In this document: piece by piece, positions 8,699 to 17,016 of the stretch
Numbering within the stretch: the stretch's first letter is position 1
How the letters are laid out: each line of letters opens with the position of its first letter
Virus record (IMG/VR): IMGVR_UViG_3300032782_000001
Coordinates: 1 to 64,000 of that record
DNA: 64,000 nt
Direction: 5' to 3' (one strand)
Translations under genes and position numbers: made by a program
The notes under the pieces: generated by a model
Seen by the model: only the letters and a program-made list of their open reading frames with translations
What the model was told of the DNA's origin: nothing
The model's database searches: none

Positions 8699-8947
8699 TC
8701 AGGAATCCATGACTTCGTGGATTACAAATTCTTCCAGGGTCACCTCGGTCCATCCGCTAACGCCATGTTCATCACATCTGGCGTTGCAGCCCGATCGGAA
8801 GACGTAAAACCTCGTCGCGTCTCGTCCGCACGTCTTATTCACGAGCCACGGATAAGACGTGCGGACGAGACGCGACGAGGTTTTACGTCTTCCGCACGTC
8901 TTATCCGTGGCTCGTGAATAGTGGTCACAAGGGATGAGCCTTGTCAC
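8699..8947 (-). CDS. VMES-tag protein with in-frame inverted duplication
   Basis: ends EEFVIHEVMDS. Confidence 0.75.
   Translation of the reverse strand: MTRLIPCDHYSRATDKTCGRRKTSSRLVRTSYPWLVNKTCGRDATRFYVFRSGCNARCDEHGVSGWTEVTLEEFVIHEVMDS
8796..8894. repeat. 43-bp perfect inverted repeat
   Basis: arms 8796-8838 and 8852-8894. Confidence 0.9.
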
Positions 8948-9291
8948 TCCTGGTTGTACGGGTCCACTCGACATTCCAGCCTCGTCCACACGTCTTGGAA
9001 CCAGGTTTCCATCTTCTCGACCGAATCTCCCTCCCTCAACGATCGGGAGATGTCGAAAAAGTCGTCTTGGTTCCTTCGATAGAACCGGGCTTCGGCAGAG
9101 AAGGCGGTGTCTCCGCCGTAAGGCCGATGATCCCACCAATACACGTGAATGCAGTACAACTTCTTGACGTAGGTCGTGTCTTGGTCGAGGAAACTTCCTC
9201 GGATCCATTTGGACCACAAGCCGTCCGCCTTGTGAGGCTTGGATTCCCGGTACCCGGCTTTTTCGAGATCTGCTTCGGTGATCATCGTCAA
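8944..9291 (-). CDS. hypothetical protein
   Basis: ORF track; overlaps both neighbours by 4 nt. Confidence 0.75.
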   Translation of the reverse strand: MTMITEADLEKAGYRESKPHKADGLWSKWIRGSFLDQDTTYVKKLYCIHVYWWDHRPYGGDTAFSAEARFYRRNQDDFFDISRSLREGDSVEKMETWFQDVWTRLECRVDPYNQE

Positions 9292-9950
9292 ACCTCCACC
9301 ACTTGATATCCGATCTCGCGCGGTTGCCTTTCCTCGTCCAGATAAGCTGAATTGCAGAACTCCATCTCTTGGATGGTTTGGCGACCGAATCCGCCGTGCA
9401 CGTGTCCACTGAGCACGGCTTTCACTCGATGATCCGACTCGTAGAACAGGAAGTTGTACAGGTGAATGTTCCCCCTTTGCAGATCCAGGATCATGCTGGG
9501 CGGACAGTGGGCGAGCAACACGTCCGCCATTTTCAGCTCATCTTGGATCCAACGGAACTCTTGCCACATGTCTTGTGACCGACGTTCCCAGTTCCACTCC
9601 CCTTGAAGGTACGGGATGAAAGGGATCCCGTAGAACGTTCGGTCTTCCCACGTGATCAACTTCTTCGTCACGTTGACGGCGCGGATCCCGCCGGCTTTCA
9701 ACAGATCCTCGACGCGTTCCGGTTCCAGAAAGTCGTGATTTCCCGCCACGAACAGGAACGGCCGGTCTCCAAGCCATTCCTTCAATTTCTTCATCCTCCT
9801 CCGGAGCCAGTCCTCTTGGAACTTGGGCTCGACGGACCAGTCTCCACGCGTCTCGTTCGGCATGAAATCCCCCGAATGGACGACAGGCGCATCCAAATCC
9901 GGCAAATCCGGGAGCCTCCCATGCGTGTCAGAAACGTGGATGAGTTTCAT
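9288..9950 (-). CDS. calcineurin-like metallophosphoesterase
   Basis: motifs SDTH, HSGD, GNHD, GHVH. Confidence 0.9.
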   Translation of the reverse strand: MKLIHVSDTHGRLPDLPDLDAPVVHSGDFMPNETRGDWSVEPKFQEDWLRRRMKKLKEWLGDRPFLFVAGNHDFLEPERVEDLLKAGGIRAVNVTKKLITWEDRTFYGIPFIPYLQGEWNWERRSQDMWQEFRWIQDELKMADVLLAHCPPSMILDLQRGNIHLYNFLFYESDHRVKAVLSGHVHGGFGRQTIQEMEFCNSAYLDEERQPREIGYQVVEV

Positions 9951-9982
9951 CTCACCAACCAATACGGCTCGACCCGTCGAAT

Positions 9983-10225
9983 TTACGCCGACATCACTTC
10001 CCAGACGAGGAATTCTTCTTCAGTTATCCGGATCCATTTGTCTCCCAGGAACCCTGGTTTAAATCTGAGTGAATACTGATGTAGATTGCAAACAGCTGCG
10101 GCCCGATTCCCCGTAGGGCTCAATAGGAAGAAGTGTCTTGCAGGCCCGTTCGGCATCGACCCTTCTTCGCGTCTCTGCGCTTCGCACATCTCGCATTTTC
10201 GGACGCCACTTGTAAAATCTTCCAT
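9983..10225 (-). CDS. VMES-tag protein
   Basis: ends EEEFLVWEVMSA. Confidence 0.75.
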   Translation of the reverse strand: MEDFTSGVRKCEMCEAQRREEGSMPNGPARHFFLLSPTGNRAAAVCNLHQYSLRFKPGFLGDKWIRITEEEFLVWEVMSA

Positions 10226-10442
10226 GTCGTCTGACAATCGGAAAGTTTGTCAGTCTAAACAACCACCCTGCAATGATCCGGCGGTCTTTGTCTATCACTA
10301 CTGGGATCCGCCTCCAGACCATCCCGGCTTGTCTCACCTGCCAAAAGACGACGAGGCCGCATTATGCGCGCGGTTACTGCAATCCCTGCTACCAGCGCGC
10401 CAAGCGGCCTTCAAGAGCTAAGTCGGCTTTCCGTGAGGAATT

Positions 10443-10724
10443 TCAAACCCACTCGAAGCCGAGACAGGAAAGGACGCTGGAAAGCCAGTCTCCGATGAGC
10501 TCCGGGTCCTGATCGGTGTCTCCCTCGAGGAGCTCGCCGTACTCCTTGTTGGCCTTTTGGATCTCCTCCCAGAGCTCGAACTTGTTGAGGGCGTCCGTGC
10601 CGATGCGCTTGTCGTTTCCGAAGTGGAACTTCCCGCCTCGGAGTTCTCCTTCCGCTTCCAGCTCATCCCAAGCCGCGTCGTACTGCTCGAACGTGGGGAG
10701 CTCGCCGTAGGTCATCGAGATCAT
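10443..10724 (-). CDS. acidic hypothetical protein
   Basis: after cassette at 10728-10770. Confidence 0.8.
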   Translation of the reverse strand: MISMTYGELPTFEQYDAAWDELEAEGELRGGKFHFGNDKRIGTDALNKFELWEEIQKANKEYGELLEGDTDQDPELIGDWLSSVLSCLGFEWV

Positions 10725-10792
10725 CGCGTCACCTCCGCGATCGGATACGCCGTGACTCGTTGGATTTACGATCGCGTTGTACGGTTCCCTAA

Positions 10793-11032
10793 GTGATCGT
10801 CCTTGACGATATTCCGACTTGCACTGCGGACCTCGGCGGTCTTTGGGATGATGAACCTCTTTGCAAGAATCCGGTCCGGTGGGTATTAGTGACACCCAAC
10901 GCTTGCCGACACTCCATGGATGATTTTCCAGAGGGAGTTTGTGATGAGCATAAGATGCATCTGCGCCCAAGAGATGATCAAGTCATCCTGAGCGTAGAAG
11001 AATTCATCTGCTACGACGTCTCTACCTCTTGA
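10793..11032 (+). CDS. Zn-module protein with divergent tag
   Basis: CKNPV...CDEH; ends EEFICYDVSTS. Confidence 0.7.
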   Translation: MIVLDDIPTCTADLGGLWDDEPLCKNPVRWVLVTPNACRHSMDDFPEGVCDEHKMHLRPRDDQVILSVEEFICYDVSTS

Positions 11033-11035
11033 AAT

Positions 11036-11251
11036 TTATTCGCCGTGACGCGTGCTTTTCAGCTCCTGCATCTCGACATTGAGCGCCTTGAGTTCCTTGT
11101 AGAACCCGAGCTTCTTGGCGAGTGCTGCGATCTTCTTGAGATCCGATCGCTTCACGACCACGTGAGCTCGCATCCACTTCCGAGCGTCTTCTTCTCGGAA
11201 GATATCCTCGGTGTTGTTGATGTAGATCATTCGCCCTCCATCAACGTACAC
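11036..11251 (-). CDS. hypothetical protein
   Basis: ORF track; start may be 11230. Confidence 0.6.
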   Translation of the reverse strand: MYVDGGRMIYINNTEDIFREEDARKWMRAHVVVKRSDLKKIAALAKKLGFYKELKALNVEMQELKSTRHGE

Positions 11252-11270
11252 TTCTTTCCGGCTGAACCCT

Positions 11271-11297
11271 TGTAGGCGTGAAGGGAGTCGAACCCTT
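11271..11297 (-). pseudogene. orphan tRNA 3' fragment (T-arm plus acceptor strand)
   Basis: AAGGG-TTCGACT-CCCTT-CACGCCT-ACA; no matching 5' half. Confidence 0.55.
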
Positions 11298-11514
11298 AAG
11301 ACATCATTACTTCATGGACGATGAACTCTGCTCGAGTGAGTTCCTGGACGAATCCCTTCTTGATTTCTTCCAAGAAAGTCGGATCCTCCGCGACGCATCG
11401 TTTGCAGCGGATAATGGGTCGCTTGCTGATGGTTCCTACAAAGAACCGGACGTCCTTGCTCATGCACATCGTGGTTTCCCACCCGAAGGGTACTTGGTTC
11501 TGGCAATAATCCAT
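11296..11514 (-). CDS. VMES-tag protein
   Basis: ends EFIVHEVMMS. Confidence 0.8.
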   Translation of the reverse strand: MDYCQNQVPFGWETTMCMSKDVRFFVGTISKRPIIRCKRCVAEDPTFLEEIKKGFVQELTRAEFIVHEVMMS

Positions 11515-11592
11515 ACTAGTCCCGGAAACCAGCCAATACGACGACCGGCGAATTTGCGCTATTGCCAAGTATGGCTGAGGACAGTTTACAGG

Positions 11593-11667
11593 TGGACCGG
11601 AAGGGATTCGAACCCTCAGTTAGGAAGTTTTTAAAACCTCTGTGTCTGCCTTTTCCACCACCGGTCC
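11593..11667 (-). tRNA. tRNA-Leu(UAA) with short variable loop
   Basis: acceptor GGACCGG/CCGGTCC, Leu-type D arm, anticodon loop TTTAAAA, T loop TTCGAAT, discriminator A. Confidence 0.85.
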
Positions 11668-11867
11668 GGATTGGTTCCTTCTTCGGTTCAGTTTTCTTTG
11701 AGCCAATTACGATGACTGGCTGCTCGGAGTTTTTCCAGTTTTCGCAGTTCTTTTAATTCTCGTAGCCATTTTGCTAGTTGCTTATGATCTCTTCCGCAAG
11801 GAGTGTCCTCGGAGGATTTTTCTTCCGCATGTTTAATAGCTTCTTCGAGTCTCATCCAGTGTATCCT

Positions 11868-12098
11868 TTACGCTTCCGGCAGCTTCACATGGATCCAGCC
11901 GAGAGACTTCGAGTTGTTGAGGCTCGGCTTCCTCTCACCTTCTCGAGCTGGCTGAGTATCCCCGGCCTTACGTTCCAGAACATCGAAGTTCGTGGCAGCC
12001 GTGTTCTTCTGACGAATCTCGTTGAAGGCCATCTGAGCGGCCTCTTCCGGCGAATTGGCCTCGAAGTCCATGTCCCAGCGCACGCGGTAATTCTTCAT
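11868..12098 (-). CDS. hypothetical protein
   Basis: MKNYRVRW...; ATGA overlap. Confidence 0.7.
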   Translation of the reverse strand: MKNYRVRWDMDFEANSPEEAAQMAFNEIRQKNTAATNFDVLERKAGDTQPAREGERKPSLNNSKSLGWIHVKLPEA

Positions 12099-12469
12099 CG
12101 CTTCTCCTTCGGAGCCTTCTTTGCTGGACGAACACTCGCCTTGTTGAACCTTCCTGAGACGAGGCTGATGACGCCAAGGAGCGTGGCCTCCCCACAAAGG
12201 ATGGAGCCTTCCGCAGCGTCGTAGAGGTAAATGCCCTCGAAAGGGTGACTCACCAACCCGAGGTAATCCTCTTCGTATTCCTGGACGACCTTCCGGTCCT
12301 TCCAGAACTGTTGGGCGCGTTTGGTGGCGAGTTGGATGTCGGAGTATGCTCCGAGGATGACATCCGTTGTCTCGTCATCTTGGACGATGACGTCCGGATC
12401 TCCTTCACCGTCTTGGTCCGTCACCACGTCGTAGTTGTTCCAAACGGTTCCCAGGATCACAACTGCCAT
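12095..12469 (-). CDS. hypothetical protein
   Basis: after cassette at 12472-12516. Confidence 0.8.
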   Translation of the reverse strand: MAVVILGTVWNNYDVVTDQDGEGDPDVIVQDDETTDVILGAYSDIQLATKRAQQFWKDRKVVQEYEEDYLGLVSHPFEGIYLYDAAEGSILCGEATLLGVISLVSGRFNKASVRPAKKAPKEKR

Positions 12470-12520
12470 CGTCGTCACCTCCAGATCAGGATACGACGTG
12501 ATCCGCCGAATTTGCGCTGG

Positions 12521-12709
12521 TCAGGCCGACATCACTTCGTACACGAGCCACGAGTTTCTCTCTTCGGGGGACATGGACTGAATAACTTCATCCAAGTTTG
12601 CCTGAAGCCTTTGCCGAAAGACTTCACGTTTCTCTTCGGACCTGGTGTCGTTCGTCAGCACATCTTGCAGTTGAGCGCTGATCCAGAACGCATCTTGAAC
12701 TTTGCTCAT
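12521..12709 (-). CDS. VMES-tag protein
   Basis: ends WLVYEVMSA. Confidence 0.8.
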   Translation of the reverse strand: MSKVQDAFWISAQLQDVLTNDTRSEEKREVFRQRLQANLDEVIQSMSPEERNSWLVYEVMSA

Positions 12710-13029
12710 GATGCATGGACCGCCAAGATGGTCATCTGACGCTTCACACGTTCTTTGATTTCCTCGAGGGGTCCGAAGAAGATGCGAAACCCGACGCCAT
12801 CCTTCGTGTACCAGATCTCACGACCATTGGCCTCTTGGGCGATGTTCATCCCGATCTGGATGTACTCGTGGGGCTCCAAATCCTGCCCCACATAATCGAA
12901 ATCCGTGAGTCCACCCTCGGTGAAATCCCCATTATCCAACGGGAAGATCTCGGCGTCGTTCTCTCGAGCGACAATGAACTCGGCGACAAGCGCCTGGAGT
13001 TCCTCATCCTCCTTGAATTTCAGCTCCAT
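12706..13029 (-). CDS. VMES-tag protein (variant)
   Basis: ends TILAVHAS. Confidence 0.75.
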   Translation of the reverse strand: MELKFKEDEELQALVAEFIVARENDAEIFPLDNGDFTEGGLTDFDYVGQDLEPHEYIQIGMNIAQEANGREIWYTKDGVGFRIFFGPLEEIKERVKRQMTILAVHAS

Positions 13030-13229
13030 GAGCCATCCTCCAGCTTCTTCAGCTCCACGAGCGCCTTGGCATATGCCTCTTCGATCATCGACCGACGAGC
13101 CAATGCGAGGTGAGCTTTTTCGTGGTCGACGACTGCCTTCCGCTCGGACGCCGTGAGCTTCCGGATCATGCCGGGGTCCCAACAGACAGAACAGGTTCCA
13201 GCCTTGTAAACCATCTTAGGTTCGGCCAT
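13020..13229 (-). CDS. hypothetical protein
   Basis: after cassette at 13233-13276. Confidence 0.75.
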   Translation of the reverse strand: MAEPKMVYKAGTCSVCWDPGMIRKLTASERKAVVDHEKAHLALARRSMIEEAYAKALVELKKLEDGSWS

Positions 13230-13277
13230 TATCGTCACCTCCAGATCTGAGTACGTCGGCGACCGGCGAATTTACGA

Positions 13278-13841
13278 TCACGCCTCCATCACGTCGAACA
13301 CATAACATAACTGAAGGGCTTTTTCCTTGGAAATTTCCTCGAATTTCTTGACCTCTTTGGCAAGTATGCAGACTTCACAAAGTCCAAATGGAGGTTCTCC
13401 CTGGAAGAACTTCTTAGCCGGCTTCCGCTCGGCGGTTTTCCCGAGGTCTCTACCTTTGGAATCGTATTTTGAATGCATGTTCCTGCAAAACATCAGCATC
13501 CCGGAAGGAGGAAGTGGAGTTGATGATAAGAAGGCTTCTTGTTCGGGTAGTCCTGTGAGGTCGGATTTATTTATCGCTCCCGCTCCAAGCGCTCTTACCT
13601 GGTCGAGGACGTGCATGACCGATTGGTACTTGGTGAGACGCAGATCCTGAATGATTTCTGTACTGAGACCACTTTTGAGTAGCCTTTGAACCGAGCCCAC
13701 AGGCACGTGTTCCATCATGGAGCACACTTGCACATAACGCTCCGTGGCGTACCGCTTGTAGCCCTTTTCGTAAAGCCCTTTCGCCTCCAGCATGGCTTGA
13801 CGAATTTTGTCCATCAAAGCATTCAACGATATGTCGTCCAT
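13278..13841 (-). CDS. VMES-tag protein
   Basis: ends CYVFDVMEA. Confidence 0.8.
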   Translation of the reverse strand: MDDISLNALMDKIRQAMLEAKGLYEKGYKRYATERYVQVCSMMEHVPVGSVQRLLKSGLSTEIIQDLRLTKYQSVMHVLDQVRALGAGAINKSDLTGLPEQEAFLSSTPLPPSGMLMFCRNMHSKYDSKGRDLGKTAERKPAKKFFQGEPPFGLCEVCILAKEVKKFEEISKEKALQLCYVFDVMEA

Positions 13842-13849
13842 GATTCGAC

Positions 13850-14170
13850 CTAGCTATACATGACCGTCCAGACAGTCCACTCTTCGTCCGAAAGCTTGCG
13901 GATTTTCCCATGGAAGATGGTGTCTTCTCCCATAAAGCCCTTGTTCATGCACGACTTGCAGACGAGGAACATGGTGGCCCGGATCTTATCCAGCTTATCC
14001 AGACTCCCTACATTGGAATGCTGTTGAAGGTATTCTTCGGCGAAGACGAAAGCTGCAATGGGCTTCCCTGACTGAGTCCCCATGTGATTGGAACATGATG
14101 GGTCGCAGCAACGACCAGCTGTACCCCTCTTGGCCCTGGCCAGAAGCACCATCAGCTCTCGGTCGTTCAT
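13850..14170 (-). CDS. VMES-tag protein
   Basis: ends SDEEWTVWTVMYS. Confidence 0.8.
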   Translation of the reverse strand: MNDRELMVLLARAKRGTAGRCCDPSCSNHMGTQSGKPIAAFVFAEEYLQQHSNVGSLDKLDKIRATMFLVCKSCMNKGFMGEDTIFHGKIRKLSDEEWTVWTVMYS

Positions 14171-14172
14171 AT

Positions 14173-14325
14173 CTACTCCCAGTTCTCGACTTTCCAAGCG
14201 GACTGGCGCTCCTTGGCGCGTCGATCCGCTCGATGACGCATCTTCGCAGCCTTGCAGTTAAGAATGGCCGTAAGGCATTCGATGGAACGGGGCTTTTTAG
14301 GCTGCCGAGCCTTGCGAATCTTCAT
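14173..14325 (-). CDS. small basic protein (50 aa, MKIRKARQPKK...)
   Basis: manual translation; cassette at 14328-14372. Confidence 0.7.
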   Translation of the reverse strand: MKIRKARQPKKPRSIECLTAILNCKAAKMRHRADRRAKERQSAWKVENWE

Positions 14326-14372
14326 CGTCGTCACCTCCAGGCGAAAATACGCCGGGGGCTGACGGACTTCCG

Positions 14373-14787
14373 CTATGCGACTTGCACCTGCTGGACAATC
14401 CTCTTAGCGAGGTATACGTTGCATTCCGCGATGAAGGCATCGTTGATGGCGTAATATCGATTGTCGAGATCATCGGTATCCTCACCAGACACCGCGTCCG
14501 GGTCGAATTTCATCGCCAGTTGGACGAGCCGCAGAACTTTCGCGGACAGGTCCGTGTTCATCTGATTCAGGGCGAACTTCAGGAACGGAAACCCGACGTC
14601 GTAGCGGTTGCCGAGCCACTGGGAGAAGCCCCCCGTTTTGAACCTGATGGTTCAATTGCCCGAGAACGGCGGCGTCCCTTTGCAGAGGCTCGAGACTCAT
14701 GAGGAAGGTCTCCGTCGACCAATCACTGTGGTCTCGCCACAGGTCGTATGCCTCGTTCATGAGCCTCTGGTGCACGGAATCCGGCAT
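14373..14787 (-). pseudogene. DMP19/DUF4375-like gene frameshifted in a G6 run
   Basis: removing one G at 14629-14634 restores LNHQVQNGGFSQW and joins two ORFs. Confidence 0.7.
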
Positions 14788-14873
14788 ATGTCGCCTCCGG
14801 CACCGAATACGACGCGGCCCGGCGGACTTACGACCGGCCGGGCCCTAGACTTTCAAGCGTAATTGCTTTAACG

Positions 14874-15284
14874 TCAGCTTACGCCGAGGAAATCGGCGAC
14901 GGCATCCATTACGATCTGCTGGATCCCTTCGGGATCTTGCGTAATATCGAAACCCGGTTTCCCCTCAATGCTCCCGTTCTTCCAATCCCAACCGCCGACG
15001 TTGCCCGCATCGTCCAGCATCAAAATCATGACGCCAGCAACAGGGTTCCCATCGACCAGTCCTTGAAACTTGGCTGCAGGTTCATTTGGTTTCTTTGTAA
15101 CTTCCGTCATCTCTAGACGGTATCCGCCAGGCTGCATCGGATCGCCGGATTCCGCCTCGCCTTCGTTCATACTCGCGAGTACGACGCGGATCGCCGAACT
15201 TACGCGGACGCGACTCGGATTGGAAGATCGGTCAATTTTATCGGCGATCTCTCGCAAGGAGGCGGCAACCCGAGAAGGTATCAT
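14874..15284 (-). CDS. protein with PSRVAASLRxIADKID leader
   Basis: N-terminus paralogous to 2817-3272. Confidence 0.85.
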   Translation of the reverse strand: MIPSRVAASLREIADKIDRSSNPSRVRVSSAIRVVLASMNEGEAESGDPMQPGGYRLEMTEVTKKPNEPAAKFQGLVDGNPVAGVMILMLDDAGNVGGWDWKNGSIEGKPGFDITQDPEGIQQIVMDAVADFLGVS

Positions 15285-15311
15285 GCCTCAATCCCTCAAA
15301 AGAGGGCTAGT

Positions 15312-15509
15312 TCAGTGAGGCCAGAGCGGAACCGAGAAGTATGCTTCAGGCGGAATACCAGGAACCGTTGCGGGGATGGGATCCACAATCGTGTTCGTGG
15401 GCTTCGGCACGTATTTGACGGGGTTATTGGTGGGTACGTATGAAGCCGGGTCAACCTTCGTCGACTGGGCCGTGAGCTGTCCGAGATCGGTGTATGCGAC
15501 GGTTGCCAT
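15312..15509 (-). CDS. Pro/Thr-rich small protein
   Basis: ORF track. Confidence 0.6.
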   Translation of the reverse strand: MATVAYTDLGQLTAQSTKVDPASYVPTNNPVKYVPKPTNTIVDPIPATVPGIPPEAYFSVPLWPH

Positions 15510-15524
15510 ACAACCTTATCGCAA

Positions 15525-15749
15525 TTAAAGACCTTGCGATGCAACGAAAGACTCTTGGACGTCTTCCTTCCGAAGGACCATTCCACCCCCGTTCCAGCCG
15601 AGACTGTATGGGTGGTCTTCATGCCACTTCGTCCATCTTCCTTCACCTCCGTGAGGTGGGTGCTCTGTGATGGATAGTTTGAGAGTTAGTGGCAGTTCCA
15701 ACTCGGGAGAAAGCTTGGAAAGCACTTCCATGAGTTCACATACTTTCAT
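15525..15749 (-). CDS. hypothetical protein
   Basis: MKVCELMEVLSKL...; SD GGAG. Confidence 0.65.
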   Translation of the reverse strand: MKVCELMEVLSKLSPELELPLTLKLSITEHPPHGGEGRWTKWHEDHPYSLGWNGGGMVLRKEDVQESFVASQGL

Positions 15750-15767
15750 GGGTTCTCCACAGAATAA

Positions 15768-15844
15768 GAAGGCGCCTCGAGAAAGGGACCGTTCCTGAAC
15801 CATTTCTCAGATCCAGCTCCGGGTCCCTTTCTCGAGGCGCCTTC
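15768..15844. repeat. 23-bp perfect inverted repeat with 31-nt loop
   Basis: GAAGGCGCCTCGAGAAAGGGACC and its reverse complement. Confidence 0.85.
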
Positions 15845-15849
15845 CTCCG

Positions 15850-16017
15850 TCAGTCCTTGTAACCGGTCGATACCTTCGGAATCGTTTCATCTCCGATGCG
15901 GAGCAGCTTCTTCGAGATGCGGCGGAACTCCTTGTGAGCCCGGCGCTTGTGCTCCCCCTTGGTTGCAGAGGATGCACGCTTGCACTGACGACAATTGCAC
16001 GAGTAGTAGACCTTCAT
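15850..16017 (-). CDS. small basic Cys-containing protein (55 aa)
   Basis: MKVYYSCNCRQCKR...; SD AAGGAGG. Confidence 0.75.
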   Translation of the reverse strand: MKVYYSCNCRQCKRASSATKGEHKRRAHKEFRRISKKLLRIGDETIPKVSTGYKD

Positions 16018-16148
16018 CGAGAACCTCCTTCAATTCATCGCCAGCCTCCTTTCCGTGAGCTAGTTTAGCACTGTGTTTCACAGGTCAGCTCACTTCCACC
16101 TGTTTAGATCATTGTACTAGGCGTGGGCACTGATCTATTACCTGGGAA

Positions 16149-16358
16149 TCATCGTTTGGTCGTTCCAGTCGAGGACTCTAGATGAGCCCTAATAGCCGCA
16201 GCCCAATCCCGGAGTGCTGACGTATGAACGACTGAGAGATGCCCGGTGGCCGTATAAATGAGGTGGTTCTGTCCTTGTGGTAGAACCCAGCCGCCGCCAT
16301 CTCCGGTTTTGGCAGCTTCTTCGATACACTCGAGAACCTCATCTAACGGTCGGGTCAT
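16149..16358 (-). CDS. hypothetical protein
   Basis: ORF track. Confidence 0.6.
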   Translation of the reverse strand: MTRPLDEVLECIEEAAKTGDGGGWVLPQGQNHLIYTATGHLSVVHTSALRDWAAAIRAHLESSTGTTKR

Positions 16359-16359
16359 T

Positions 16360-16611
16360 TCAATCGTCCCAACCTTCCGGCATCTTCTCTGAGACGTCCA
16401 GTCCTGCTTTCTCGAGGCTATCCTCGATGGACTGGTAGATTTCGTTGGCCGTCAACAAGGCCTTCCCCTCTCGAATCGAGAGAACGACATCTTCGAGGAG
16501 CGCGCGGACCTCCGCTTCGGAGAGATCCGCGATCGTCTTCTGGGCGACCGACTGCTTCTGAGCGGCTTTCTTCTGAGCGGCTTTCTTCTGAGCGGCTTTC
16601 TTGGTTGCCAT
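16360..16611 (-). CDS. protein with (KKAAQ)3 basic N-terminal repeat
   Basis: 15-bp tandem repeat at about 16556-16602. Confidence 0.75.
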   Translation of the reverse strand: MATKKAAQKKAAQKKAAQKQSVAQKTIADLSEAEVRALLEDVVLSIREGKALLTANEIYQSIEDSLEKAGLDVSEKMPEGWDD

Positions 16612-16621
16612 TGTTCTCTCC

Positions 16622-16957
16622 TCAGTCGAACACACCGCGCTGGCAAGCCTCCTCGAGGCTGTAATCTTCCTCGTCTTCCTCGTCTTCCTCGTCCTCGTCG
16701 CTCTCGTAGGCGACTTGCGGAAAGTACACGATGACGTCGCGACCCATCGAATCGCTGTGGGCTCCTTGCAATTCCTCCGCGATCGTCTGCATGTCGCACG
16801 AGACGTCGGCGGCAGCCTGGAAAAGTGCCCCGTAGATCTCGGTGATGCTGGACCCCTCGATGCCGAGGCAATCCTTACCGAACATGAACCGGCCGGAATA
16901 CGACCGGACGTGGAGCTCCGCGGCCTCGGCCAAATCTTGCAATGCGCTCTTCGTCAT
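16622..16957 (-). CDS. hypothetical protein with acidic tail
   Basis: after anti-SD cassette at 16958-17003. Confidence 0.8.
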   Translation of the reverse strand: MTKSALQDLAEAAELHVRSYSGRFMFGKDCLGIEGSSITEIYGALFQAAADVSCDMQTIAEELQGAHSDSMGRDVIVYFPQVAYESDEDEEDEEDEEDYSLEEACQRGVFD

Positions 16958-17016
16958 TTCGTCACCTCCACGGTTCGATACGCGCGGAGGTGACGAATTT
17001 GCGCCGGCCGATCGAC

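Noticed and set aside
6433-8947. Diversity-generating retroelement behind the variable Zn modules
   Set aside because: No reverse transcriptase and no TR/VR pair differing only at adenines is visible in the window.
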